Source: Anthoceros angustus (Eukaryota > Plantae > Anthocerotophyta). From it: a DNA stretch of 64,000 nt. Below are positions 23,229 through 35,049 of the stretch, piece by piece. Location of the stretch: positions 310,001-374,000 of the forward strand of contig VJWM01000126.1 in the NCBI GenBank assembly GCA_010909165.1, read 5' to 3'. The first letter of the stretch is position 1. Every line of letters begins with the position of its first letter. A model generated the notes under the pieces. That model did no database searches. It saw only the letters and a program-made list of their open reading frames with translations, and was not told the origin of the DNA. The translations under genes and the position numbers were made by a program.

Positions 23229-24497
23229 CTAGAGTATATAAGTTAGACGCCGCCCTTCCTCCGATAGCTCCGCCTCGCCATAGCTCCCATCTCCAAACAA
23301 GGCGCCTAGGCTCCCTTTTGCCACATTCTCCCCCAACCCTTCTTCTCCCCCAGCCTCCTCCGACTCCTTTGGGGGCCCTACCGCCTCAGCCGGTTGGTGC
23401 ATCATGCTTACGGCCTTCAGAAGCTCCGCGTAGTAGTAGGCGAAGTCCGAGTCCACCTGCTGTATGGCCTCCTCTACATGAGCCCATAGGACCTGGTACT
23501 CTCGCCTCCACTGGTGCTCCGGCAGTCGGGAGTGGTCTACTGCTTGCTGAGCCATCTCATCTCCCAGCCCTTCTAGCCGAAGCCCTTGCGGCATTTTGGG
23601 AGGCTGTAAGGGAAGCCTCTACAAGTTCTTGGAGCCATTGCTTCTCGCTAGCGCGCTCCCTCTCCCGTTTCGCCTTGAGACCCTGCAGTTGGGCCCTCAG
23701 GACCCAGATCTCCCCTCCTGTCTGCCGCAGCCGGACTAGCAGCTTCTGTTCCTCCTTCCTCCATTGGTGCTGGTTCGTCACCTGCTCACTCAAGCGCTCC
23801 ACCTTCTTCTCAAGTCGCTTCGGAACATGGACCAAACAAGTGGTCTCCTCGAGTTCCTTCCTGAGCTTGTCGACGTCCAGCTGCTTGCTCTTGTAGTAAG
23901 TTTCCTCCGCCCGAAGGCAAAGCTATAGTTTATCAACCTCTCGCTTGAAGTCTTCGATGCGGCCCTGGAGGAGCCCGTTCCTCTCCTTCACCACTTGCAG
24001 CTGTAGCTCCAGGGTCTCCTTTTCCACCTCCACTTGCTGCCGCACCTCCTCATTGCCTTGGAGCTGCGCCCGGAGATCCGTCGGCTCTCCCATCCATTCC
24101 TGCATCTCCACTCCATGGGCAGCCCGGGCTTGCTCCCATGTCGCGTGGTCTCCCTTCAGGCGGGCGATCTCCTGGTCCCGCTCCTTCAACCGGGCTGTGG
24201 TTGCTCCAGCCGCCTCCCTCCAGCGGTTCCGATCCCTGCGGTAGTGGTCCCGGTCCGTCCTTGCATTGGCCTCTGCACCTCTTACCTCCTTCAACTGAGC
24301 CTCCAAGGCTTGGCGCTCTTCCTCCTGGGCGGACTCCGCTGTCGCCTAGGCTTCCTCTGCTGCTTGCCGTGCAACCTCCGCCGTTGCCCGTGCCTTCTCT
24401 GTTGCGGGCTTTTGGGCTGCTGTTTGTTGGTGGCAATCAAAAATGTTCTACGGGATGCGATCAAAGCAAGAAGGTTTCTCTTTCGCATGGGTGGCAT
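23229..24497 (-). mobile_element. Retroelement-associated coiled-coil ORF, fragmented (copy A)
   Basis: ORFs 23229..23594, 23557..23835 and 23923..24306 are E/R/Q-rich coiled coils sharing AHVEEAIQQVDSDFAYY.AELLKAV and KETLELQL with 37601-38411. Confidence 0.55.
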
Positions 24498-24899
24498 TTG
24501 AAGCTCATTTCAATCTCCCTAATAATTAAATACCTATATTAATATCTCTGATCATAGCAAGCATATGTTAAAATATGAAGAATATTAATTAATCAGTTAC
24601 TAATATTTTTATTGATAAGCGATGTCTTGTCTTGGTTGTTTGTATATATATACAAACAACCAAGACAACTAGAGTAATAACTCTCAATATTAATTCATAG
24701 AAAATGTTGATATATTTCATTAATGTTTAATGTAACATTCATACGTCTTATCATATTTTACTATAACATTCACATATCACGTCAATTTTGATTGTAAAGT
24801 CTACAAATACATGATGCCCTTCATTGGGTTTTTCCCCTTTGTTTTTTGGGTGGATGGGTTTTTCCCATCTCTTTTTCATAATAAAGTCTTCTTTCCTCT

Positions 24900-25095
24900 A
24901 AATGTTATCAATATCTACTATAATACTACATGGAATTTGTGTATTGTAATCTATCCCATATTAATATACCCTTCCTTGCTTTTTTGCAAATTGAAGCTTA
25001 TGGAGTAAAACTTCAAACTTATAAGTACATTGTTTTGTCATCTTCCCTCATTCCACTTAAATGAGTTGAGCATCATACCATCATTTTTGCATTAA
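24900..25095 (-). pseudogene. Second, more decayed copy of the SAWADEE 3' exon
   Basis: Direct repeat of ~21400-21555. Reads K*WYDAQLI*VE*GKMTKQCTYKFEVLL. Confidence 0.6.
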
Positions 25096-25832
25096 AATTG
25101 AACATATCTTAATTGATTCCGAAATGACCAATACTGTCAACAAATTATTTCCTCAAATCTGTGCTATGTGTCCAATATATACACAAGCTCTCAGATTTAA
25201 GAACAACCATCCAACATATACACAGGCTCTCAGTTATAGGAATAGGCACAATCAAGGGCTAGATCCAATAAGAATCAGAGCATGAAAGTGGTCAGGTCAG
25301 AGTTGATAGATAGACCATGAAAGAATAACTGGTGCATAGGTTCTTGTCGGAAAAGACATGTTCAATTATCCCACAATAGCGAACTTAGTAGCACTCCCTT
25401 AGTAGCCTCTGCCGTTTGCACACTTTGCTTGTATCCTTGTTTGAGCATTCCAACTTGTGCTTCTCAAGTTGGCCTCTTCCTTGCTGTTGCACTTGTTGTC
25501 GGGCTGAAATTTCAAGAAACTAAAGACGTGGAAGCCTACAGATATACACCGTGGGTCTGAAAATCAGTGAAAAGAAAGCCTGCTACTTCCTACAAGACCA
25601 TCGTAACAAGTTAATGCTCAAATCAAGAGCAGATGCTTTGAAAACTGCCCTAATTGAAATGTACAAATGCATTTCACGAGCTCTTTGTTGCACAGAGCTC
25701 TGTAGCATAAGAAAAAACCCTGCCTCAAACCCATACATCCGTGCATCAGATTGAACCCGCTGATGATCTGTTCAAGATCTAATTAAAGGAAAAGGAGTTG
25801 AGCCGATAGGCTCGTAATCAGTTGGTCATTTG

Positions 25833-26021
25833 CTACCCGTGCGCCTGCGATGCAAATCGCTTTAATAGTGTGTTGGCATGCTTTGAGCACACACCCACAA
25901 CAGTATACGTATATATGTTGGGCTTCAAGCCATTCTGTTGCATCCGCTCGAACGATGTAATAGCTTCTCGGCATAGCCCAGCCTTGGTAAATCTACCATG
26001 ATTACAATGATAGCTGTCCAC
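25833..26021 (-). pseudogene. Isolated PPR motif remnant
   Basis: GRFTKAGLCREAITSFERMQQNGLKPNIYTY...CSKH is a P/L motif pair with no gene context. Confidence 0.7.
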
Positions 26022-27621
26022 GACAAAACTGTTGGGTAAGACAAATCTGTTCTTCCTCGCCTAACCCTCTGTTTGAATCCACCTCATGCTTCGCCAAACG
26101 AGCTTCTACCTTCTTGGCTCATCAAAGGCTCTTCTTTCTCGTGCAAGTGAAGTAGGTTCTCATACATGCGCACCGGGAACACCAGTCCATTTGGAGCAAA
26201 CCGGGTAAGCTCCAAAGTGAACCCAAGTTCGCCTGTCACAGGATCGAAACCTGACAGGCCGGTCAGGGTGGGTTTACACTGACAGGCCGGTCAAAAGTGT
26301 AAACCTATTTTGAACATGCACGCCAAGAGGCCTTGCTGGTGACCATCATGTATATCGTTCGATATCCTGTGAATCCGGCTTCATCGGGAACTCTGTGAAG
26401 CCAGCAACGTCGGGAAAGCCAACGCTTCAAGACACCAAAATCATGTGAGCAAGTACTGGGATTCGAACCCAAGCCTTGTACGGCTATGATTCTAGACGTC
26501 GCCTTACGCCAACTCGTCCATCCTGACGTGGAAGATTGAGGGACTGTGAAATGGATTTCGTCCAAACTCGAAGGACAGTCGGTAGCCCCCGACTGCAATA
26601 ACCCGGGCCATGCTCGATCCTGGTATGCCCCGCCTCTCAGACTGACGTTGATTGAAATTGGCCTAGGGTGGTCCTTGTGCGGCCACTGGTTGCCAAGGAC
26701 TGGCATGGTGCCACGAGTGAAGGTGTGAAGGCTACTCCCAGCTCTTGCCTTTTGGAAGCTGCAACGCAATGGATGTGAGCAATAATCTCTACTCTCAGCT
26801 CATCGATGGAGGTCTGTCTGGTAAGCTCGGCATAGCATGTACTGCAATATCCCTGCACCTGTTTCATGGTTGTTTGACGGTTACCATCAATGTTGCTGCA
26901 GACGTTTCCCAATTGTTTGCCTTTGAGTTGAAGAGAGATTGCTTTCATGTGATATATGAATTGTTGTATGCCAGGAAAGGTTCTGAATCCTCTGTGCCGG
27001 TCCTGCAGGCTTTGTGCGGTCGTGGATGTTCGTAAGATGTTGCAGGATGTTGGAGTTGTGTTGTCTGGAGACACCATGCACACCCACAGCTACTAGCAGG
27101 CAGGACCACCCTTGAACCACTCTCGAAGAATGAACTGAAGATGCCGAGACCGGCATCAATCCTCGGGTCCCGGAGCCTTGCAGGTTAGCAGCTTTGCTTC
27201 TACAGCCACAAAAAGAGAAGTCGAAAAAACTCGCAAACCCGCTCTCATACCGCTGCAGGCTGAATCCAGCAAGCGCAGCCCCGATTCCTCTGGATCTGAG
27301 CCAAAATCCCAGGCCTGCACCGGGGCCCGGACTCCCTGATCTCCAACCAGATCCCAAGCGAGTCCCTAAAATCCCAGGCCTGCACCGGCGCCCCGACCTC
27401 CTGATGTCCAAGCAGATCGCAAGCGAGTCCACACCAGGCAGACGCACCGTGTGACGATCCCCCCGCGCCGCTCTATTCTGTTTCTTTCTGTTATGATAAG
27501 AGGTGCCAGGATCATTGTTAGCCATCCATGTCCATGTCTCACTTTGGACAGGAATGGACATGTCCACGTCTCAGCAAGCACTTTCAGCCCAATAAGCACT
27601 AGCTACACTTCTTCATTTTTC

Positions 27622-30510
27622 TCATGGTCGACCCTTACAACTGCAACAACCAGCTGTGAATCGATGCACACGATACCCATCCCTTACAACAATGTCTCTC
27701 TGTTCAAGCCTTGACATAATCTCCGTGGAACTGTGGCAGTCACTGCACATGCGTAGATTCTTCGTTACCACCAAAGGTGTCCCACTCAGGTGTTCAAGAG
27801 ACCAAACGCCAAAGCTAGCTTCTCAGCATGCCCACACAGCACGTCTTCCTTTTCCTTCTCACACACTGGCTTCAACACCAACTTTGTGTGAGGTACGTGG
27901 CCTCCTTCCTGCTTCACACGTGCATTTGTGCTCTCTACCTTAAGCGCAATATCCTTTCTCTGTTCTCCCACCAGAAATCTGTGTACCTCCTTATTCACCT
28001 CAACGGTGGCCACTGCAGGTTTCTTGTTCGCTCCTGCTGCCCTTCTCTGTGTCTCAATCCTGTCTACATCGGTCCACCTACCTGCATCTGCGTAGGTATT
28101 GGCCATGAGCACATAGGCAGACGCCCTTTGAGGGTCCAGCCTAACAATGCTTTCAAAACACCACACAGCCCTCTCTATATCCCCGTGACTTTTGCAGGCA
28201 TTTAACAAAGATGTCAAGCCCACAACATTACTTTGGTCCTCACATGATAATAGCATCTTCTCTGCCTCATCTAAATGGCCAGCACGCCCAAGAAGATCAA
28301 TCATGCAGGTGCAATGCTCAATAGTAGGTTTGATGCCATGCTGTTCAGCCATGGAATCAAAGTGTTTGCGACCCTCGTGGACCAGTCCCTCATGACTGCA
28401 TGCTACTAGAAGGCAAGTAAAAGTAGCATCATTAGGCTGAACACCGGCAACTAACATCTCCTCAAAACAAGCTAGTGCCTTGTGACCTTCATCACAAGCA
28501 CCATACCCAGATATCAGGGCATTCCATGTCATCCTTTGTGGCCAAGCTGTCAAAAACCTGGCGTGCACCTTCTAGTTCACCACATTTTGAATACATGTCC
28601 ACCAGGCAGGTGCCCACCACTACGTTATCCAGCAGTCCTCTTTGGACAATCTGTGAGTGAAGCTGCCTGCCCTTCTGTAAGGCACCAGTGATTCCACAGG
28701 CCTTCACAAGGCAAGCAAAAGTAAAATGGTTAGCCAAAATAAGACCCGCGTCCTCCATTTGTCCGTACACAGCTAGCGCCTCTTGGCCAGTCCTTGCTGT
28801 GCATACCCAGCAATCAGGGCATTCCATGTCACCACATCCTTTGTGGCCATGCTGTCAAAAACCTGGCGTGCATCTTCCAGTTCACCACATTTTGCATACA
28901 TGTCCACCAGGCAGGTGCCCACCAATCATCCAGCAGTCCTCTTTCGACAATCTGTGAGTGCAGCTGCCTGCCCTTCTGTAAGGCACCAGTGCTTGCACAG
29001 GCCTTCAGAAGACAAGCAAAAGTAACATAGTTAGCCAAAGTGAGGCCTGCGTCCTGCATTTGTCCATACACGACAAGCGCCTCTTGGCCGAGTCCTTGCT
29101 GTGCATACCCAGCAATCAGAGCATTCCATGTCACCACATCCTTTGTGGCCATGCTGTCAAAAACCTGGCGTGCATCTTCCAGTTCACCACATTTTGCATA
29201 CATGTCCACCAGGCAGTTGCCCACCACTACGTCATCCAGCAGTCCTCTTCAACAATCTGTGAGTGCAGCTGCCTGCCCTTCTCTGTGCTTGCACAGGCCT
29301 TCAGAAGGCAAGCAAAAGTAACATGGTCAGCCAAAATCAGGCCCTCCTGCTCCATTTGTCCGTACACAACAAGCGCCTCTTGGCCGAGTCCTTGCTGTGC
29401 ATACCCAGCAATCAGGGCATTCCATGTCACCACATTCTTCGAGGGCAAGCTGTCAAAAACCTGGCGCGCGTCTTTCATATTGCCACATTTTGCATACATG
29501 TCCACCAGGCAGCTGCCAACAAACAAGTTAGTAGGGACACCACTCTGCACCACGTCACGGTGCACTTTTCTGCCAGATTCCAAGTCGGCAGCCAATGCAC
29601 AAGCCTTAAGGGCAGCTACAAAGACGTGAGCATCCGGCTTCACTCCTGACCTACGCATCTCTTGGTACAGTTGTATGGCCTCCTCAGGTTTCCCATGCTT
29701 AGCATATGCGGAGATTATGGAAGACCACATGAAGGCATCCGGTTTCCCCACTCTGGTGAGCACATCCATGGCCTCCTCTAGCCTACCTCCACATGCATAC
29801 ATGCGCAAGATATGGTTCCCCAAGTATGCATTCGACTCGTAGCCAAGTTTGACGCTGAGATCATGAACCCGTCGCCCCACAACCAAATCCCTCTTAGCTG
29901 TACACAGTTTCAGCACAGTGCAGACCAGAGACAGAGAAATAGCACAGTCTGTCTGCGCCAGATATTCCAGGGCTCGAACTGCCTCAGAAAGCTTCCCCTG
30001 CTGACATAACGTGCCGACGGTAACAGCAGTAACGACGCCCATTTCCGATCCTGCACGCCTGCCAGGTTCAGGCTTATCCGGAGGGCTGGACTCGGAAGGA
30101 GAGGCGCCATGGCCCATCTGCATATCCAAGTGAATGAGCTGCTCATCAACCCAAGCTGGCTTAAACATGTTGTTCAACCACAGCACCTCGCCGGATCCCT
30201 TACGCCGGAAATCAGGGGAACGGGAGCTCTTGTTACCTCGTCTGTTATCCCACCACATGGTAGGGTCCAGAAAAAATTGTTGCCACAAGTGCTCCTGCTC
30301 CTGGCAACAACCATCGCTGGAAACCCCGTCCCTACCCACACACTTTCTCGGAAGTGGAAGTGCTGGGCTCCTTACACTGCTGCACCTGGAGGCTTTGCTT
30401 GCCAGGGGTCGACTCCCTAAAATGACGTTAGCAGGAGCTCCTCGTAGAATCCCTGTACACACACCGATTTGTTGGGTCCACAACGGATCCGGTTGCCATA
30501 CTGTGGCCAT
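27622..30510 (-). CDS. PDF-motif + PLS-PPR + DYW:KP (GRP-terminal) protein; frameshifted as assembled (pseudogene or assembly error)
   Basis: N-terminal LWQQFFLDPTMWWDNRRGNKSSRSPDFRRKGSGEVLWL, PLS triplets, KKPAVATVEV and CGHAEKLA. After a 1-bp shift at ~27790 it reads GTPLVVTKNLRMCSDCH...FTAGCCSCKGRP* (stop 27622-27624). Further shifts at ~29250, ~28928, ~28788 and ~28530. Confidence 0.88.
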
Positions 30511-30959
30511 CGTTCAGGGGCCGCTATCGGAGGTGCATGGACAAGACCAGGCCGCCCACAGAGGTGTCCCCTCCACGGCCTTCACAGCAGCCAGGCCAGG
30601 GTTGGTGGACTGACCTGGCTGCCGAGAGGCTTTTACTTTTACTTTAGGAAAAGGTGGTGCATGGTACAAAGGCAGTGCACCCTGCCATGCGTTGCATCCC
30701 TGCCGTTTGCTAAGCCTTTCTCTGTTCGGGCTTGCCCATGGTTACCAAAATAAGCCAGCCTTTCTCACATTGCCTGCATTGCAGTAGTCACCTGTTCTGT
30801 CGTGAAATCTCCTCATTTTTCTTTCTTTCCAGCCATCGAGCTAGAGGGAGGGATTAACATTCTAAATCTCACGGAAGGTCAACCCTTGAGAGCCGTCCGC
30901 AGTTGCATTCCATTTTCTTTCCATGAATTTTCTCCATTCACAAGCTGCCATTCCTATTA

Positions 30960-31300
30960 TGGTCCTGCCATGTGGACGAGTCTGGAAAAGTCTGCAATCT
31001 TGACATTGGCGGGAAAATCTTGACATTGGCGGGAAGCAAAGAGGACATAAAAAGGAAAGGTCTTTGTGGAGCAGCCCTTTGGTAGCCATACTTTGCACAT
31101 CCAAGAGCGGAAGCTTTGAGCTCCCAACCAGGAGGTTTCTATTTACATCAATGAAGGTACCAACACATGTACCATTCATAAGCTCACTTACAAGTGAGAT
31201 CACGGAAGCTTTGAGCTCCCAACCAGGAGGTATCTATTTACATCAATGAAGGTACCAACACATGTACCATTCATAAGCTCACTTACAAGTGAGATCACGG
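30960..31300 (-). pseudogene. Scrambled receptor-kinase fragments (activation segment) with an internal ~90-bp duplication
   Basis: The minus strand reads ANVKIADFSRLVHM. The mirror copy at ~43620 reads NNAKIADFGISRLI. Confidence 0.55.
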
Positions 31301-31512
31301 AGCGTGATCGCGGACTGCGAGAGAGAGCCTGCCAGAGTTTAATTTGTCTGGCCGGGCGATCTATTGCTCGTGGTCATGGCTATTCGGGTGGGAATTCAAT
31401 CATAAGACTATATTTCAGTGGATCTCGGATCCTGGGCGGAAAATAAATCGCTGGGGCCGGGGATAGAAGGGAATCGCTGGGGCCGGGGATAGAAGGGAAG
31501 ACAAAGGTTGGA

Positions 31513-32025
31513 ATGGAAACAGATTGTGCCTTACAAGTTGGAATGGAAACAGATTGTGCCTTACAAGTTGGAGGAATGGAGGCACCGGTTCAGAATGATA
31601 GGCCGGAGGAGCAAGTGGACATTGTGAATCTATTCTTGCCCATTGGGGCATCTCTCGTGCTCACGGTTGTCTCCATGGGGTTCGGGCACAAACCGCATTC
31701 CTGGGTGTCGCCAAGAATCAGCTTTGGGTGGATTGTCGCCCTTTCCACCATTCCCGCTGTGTGTGCTGCAATCTTTTTTGTACTTGCGACGAGCTTCTTG
31801 TTCTCCGCCTTTTCCTTCTCACGTCTACGTAGACTACGTCCGTATTTCCCTCGTGTTGTGCGGGTTGTGCGAGTGTTATTTTGCACATCTCTTTATTTTG
31901 GCCTGGCTGGGTTCTGGTGTTCGCTATTCTTCTATAGCGCAAAAGAAAGTAGGGGTTTTTGGGTTTTGTACTGGATTTTGCCTCTTTCCATTATTCATGT
32001 TATTCTCGTTTTTAGGCACGTTTGA
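31513..32025 (+). CDS. Orphan 170-aa protein with ~4 hydrophobic helices (PGG-domain-like topology), copy 1
   Basis: Uninterrupted single-exon ORF with four hydrophobic stretches. The frame is conserved in the diverged mirror copy. Confidence 0.55.
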   Translation: METDCALQVGMETDCALQVGGMEAPVQNDRPEEQVDIVNLFLPIGASLVLTVVSMGFGHKPHSWVSPRISFGWIVALSTIPAVCAAIFFVLATSFLFSAFSFSRLRRLRPYFPRVVRVVRVLFCTSLYFGLAGFWCSLFFYSAKESRGFWVLYWILPLSIIHVILVFRHV

Positions 32026-34109
32026 TCTTGTGTAACCAAGATGTGTTCGGGTATGTTCAATAGACTAAGTAGAGCAAGGCCATGTAACTGCCATGTTATT
32101 CCAAGGTCATGATAAAGGATGTCTAAATGATTTGATCTCCATGAGTGATGCATGGAAAGTTAGGAAGGGGAAAGACTTTGCTTGACAGTTTGAACATGCG
32201 ACAAAGGTTTTGTTTTCTTTAAAATGAATTATTTTGCTCAAGTACCTTCAAAGCCAGAACTATGTACCTTCCAGGCCATCCAAACGGTTTTTTTCCTTTA
32301 AAATGATTTATTTTGTGTAAGTGCCTTCAAAGCCAAAACTATGCACTTTCCAGGCCGTCCAACGGATTTATACTGCAAAGTGCAGTGAATCTTCTACTGG
32401 ATGCCCATAGATGCCCGAATCTAGATGATACTAATATGTGGGATGCATGACAACCACTACTACGAAGGGTTGATGCATATATGCTAGTGAAATCGTCCTG
32501 CTCTCGTGCATGCTTTTGCACATCCTTTACAGGATTGTTGTCCTTACAGTCACAACTAAGCACATCATAGTGCACATGGTTTAATGCAAACTGTGGCCTA
32601 GGTGGTTGACAACCCAGCACATTCGACAAGTGTATGGAAGGCCGGATGCCAAGGTAGAAGAAGGGATCTCGATTGTGGGTTTTAGTTCCAACGGGGAGAA
32701 GAAGAAGGACGAAGAAGTGAGATTGCCTAAGGAGGGAATTGATATGCACTTGTTTGGCAGAAAGCAGATAATGGAAGAATAGGATGGAAGGCAGATGATA
32801 TCAAGGACTGTCGCCAAATTCTTGCTAGAACTTGAGAGCGCACTATAAGGAAGTCAAGCATAAAGGGAAGAATTATTAAATGAGGGAAGGCTCCCAATGA
32901 GAATTATACATTGTGTCGTCTGCTGATGAGAAGGTGTGACTCCTCATGACATGGTGTGTGGCCCTATCGGCCCTACAGGCTAAGAGTGCTCCTAACTACG
33001 GCTGTCTGTGTACTCCAATACTCCCCCTCAGATGCGGCAAGTTAGGAGAGTGGTCATCCTCCTTTCATGTAACCAAGAACACCAAGTACTTCTGAAGGGT
33101 GCGGCAACGAACACCAAGTACTTCTGAAGTGTGCGGCAATGAACACCTTGGGTGGGCATCACCCCCATAAGCTGCTCCTAGGGGAAATGCCAACTCCAAT
33201 GAATGGTTACCCCAAAGGTAAAAGGCATTAGCTCTGTGCGAAGCGGCAGAGGTGCTTGTACCGCTACATGATAATTTTTGAAGGGGGGGAATATAGTAAC
33301 CCCTTGGTCGACACCCCTCACGAAGAACACCTTTCCTAGAACAAAGATATCCGCCTACTTTGATAATCGCACACCCTTTACGAGGTCATACCTTTGATAA
33401 AAGATGCACTTTCAAGTCTACACCCGAGCTGAGCATGGGGTGTGGGCCCGTTGCGTTTAGTAGAATGCATAGAGGGCTGCCATTTTCATATGTTTATTAC
33501 AACCGAAACTTTACTTTCAAGTGGTGGAACACAATGAAAACAATCACATACTAGCGGAGTCTCATTTCAGTAGTCGTGAGAACATCGCAACAAACAACTG
33601 CTAAAGGAGGAAGTGGTCATCAGCATCGACAATAGCCATTGAAGAGTGCGGCTGGCGACTCATCTATGCCTTGCGCCCGGCGGAGTCAAGTACCACCGCC
33701 ATATTCGAGGCGGTCCATATCGTCCACCTCAAAGTTGTCGTTCTCCTCCATTGCTTGCTCGTCTTCAATAGTATCATTCTTGGGCCCAGCGTCCGACGGT
33801 GTCGACTGCCACACAGCATCTAGAGTATGCTGACCCTCATCCAAAAAGTCGCTAGTCGTGGTCTTCAACCTTCTGGCACTCAATGCAACCACTTGGGCTT
33901 TAAGGCAATGCCAGCGTCCTTAAAATGATCAAAGTTAGTTGCCCATGCGCCCATGCAAGCATCCTTAAAATCAACAAAGTTGAGTTATTAAGAGATGTTG
34001 GTTTCGAACATGAAGCCTATTTGTTACTACACCTTCCTCCTAAACACTTAACCAATGGTCCCAAGTTATAAATTCATTGAGCCGCTAAATATTCATTTTC
34101 TTAAAGACC

Positions 34110-34790
34110 TATGAGGGAGGCGCCATGGGTAGGGCAAGGTGTGCTAGGGGAGGCGGCCGGCCGGCGCCCATGGGCGGTGTGCTAGGGGAGGCGCCGGCCG
34201 GCGCCCATGGGCGGTGTGCTAGGGGCGGCCGGTGGCGCCCTAAACAGCGGGCGTGTTTTGGGGCGGGCGCCCATGGCGGTGTGCTAGGCCCGGCGGCGCC
34301 CATGGCGCATCTTTGGGGAGGCGCCGGCGGCGCCGCCTCCGCGCACCACCGTAGGCCCAAGCAGTGGCGCTGGGAGGCGCCCTCCCTCTGTGAACCACCA
34401 GGGTGGGCAAGCGGGTGGTGCGCACCTGGCGAGGCGCGGCCGGTGGCGCCGCCTCAAACACCACATGGGGTGGGCAAGCGGGTGGTGCGCGCCTGGCGGG
34501 CGCGGCCGGTGGCGCCCTCAAACACCACCGTAGGCCCATCGGTGGCGTGTGGAGGGAGGCGCCGGCCGGCCTCCCTATCAGAACCACCGTGGGTGGGCCT
34601 ACGGTGGTGCGGAGGCGCCCGGCGGTGCCATCCTCGCGCACCGTAAACCCCGACGGGTGGTGCGCGGATAGGGAGGGCGCCGGCTACATGCGGTGGACAA
34701 AAAAGCGACCCTCGTGGCATACGGCTGGTGGTGGACAAAAAAGCGACCCTCGTGGCATACGGCTGGTGGTGGACAAAAAAGCGATACGGG
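34110..34790. repeat. Very GC-rich island of nested short direct/inverted repeats (ggcgcccatgggcggtgtgctaggg; ggtggacaaaaaagcgaccctcgtggcatacggct x2), probably TE-derived
   Basis: Sharp GC contrast with the AT-rich flanks and repeated motifs. No credible protein. Confidence 0.6.
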
Positions 34791-35049
34791 ATAAGCTCTG
34801 CGAGTTGCGTGGCTTCATATAACCTGCGAGTCAAAATGTCGCTAAAGATAGTGATGACAATGCAGGAGAAGCTGGACCAAGTCATGACGAAGGATTGAAC
34901 TCTGGGGATGAGTGGCGAAATCTCGTTTTCGGGGTCCCGAGTTAATGTTGTAAAGTCCAGTTCTTGATGTTACTATGTTAGGGAAATACCCTGTCCGTGG
35001 CTTTTGTGGTGTCATAACAAAACCACATTTTCCTCCCCAAACCAGCTAA

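Larger units (their letters stand above)
30880..32745 (+). repeat. Left inner arm of inverted duplication (mirror of ~40700-43750)
   Basis: gagagccgtcc.. (30888) mirrors ~43745. The 4-TM gene and the 3' tract to gtgagattgcctaa (~32745) mirror 40700-41200. More diverged than the peroxidase arm. Confidence 0.9.

Noticed and set aside
26745-27570. Possible spliced plus-strand gene or Pro-rich ORF
   Set aside because: Some splice-like signals but no identifiable product.
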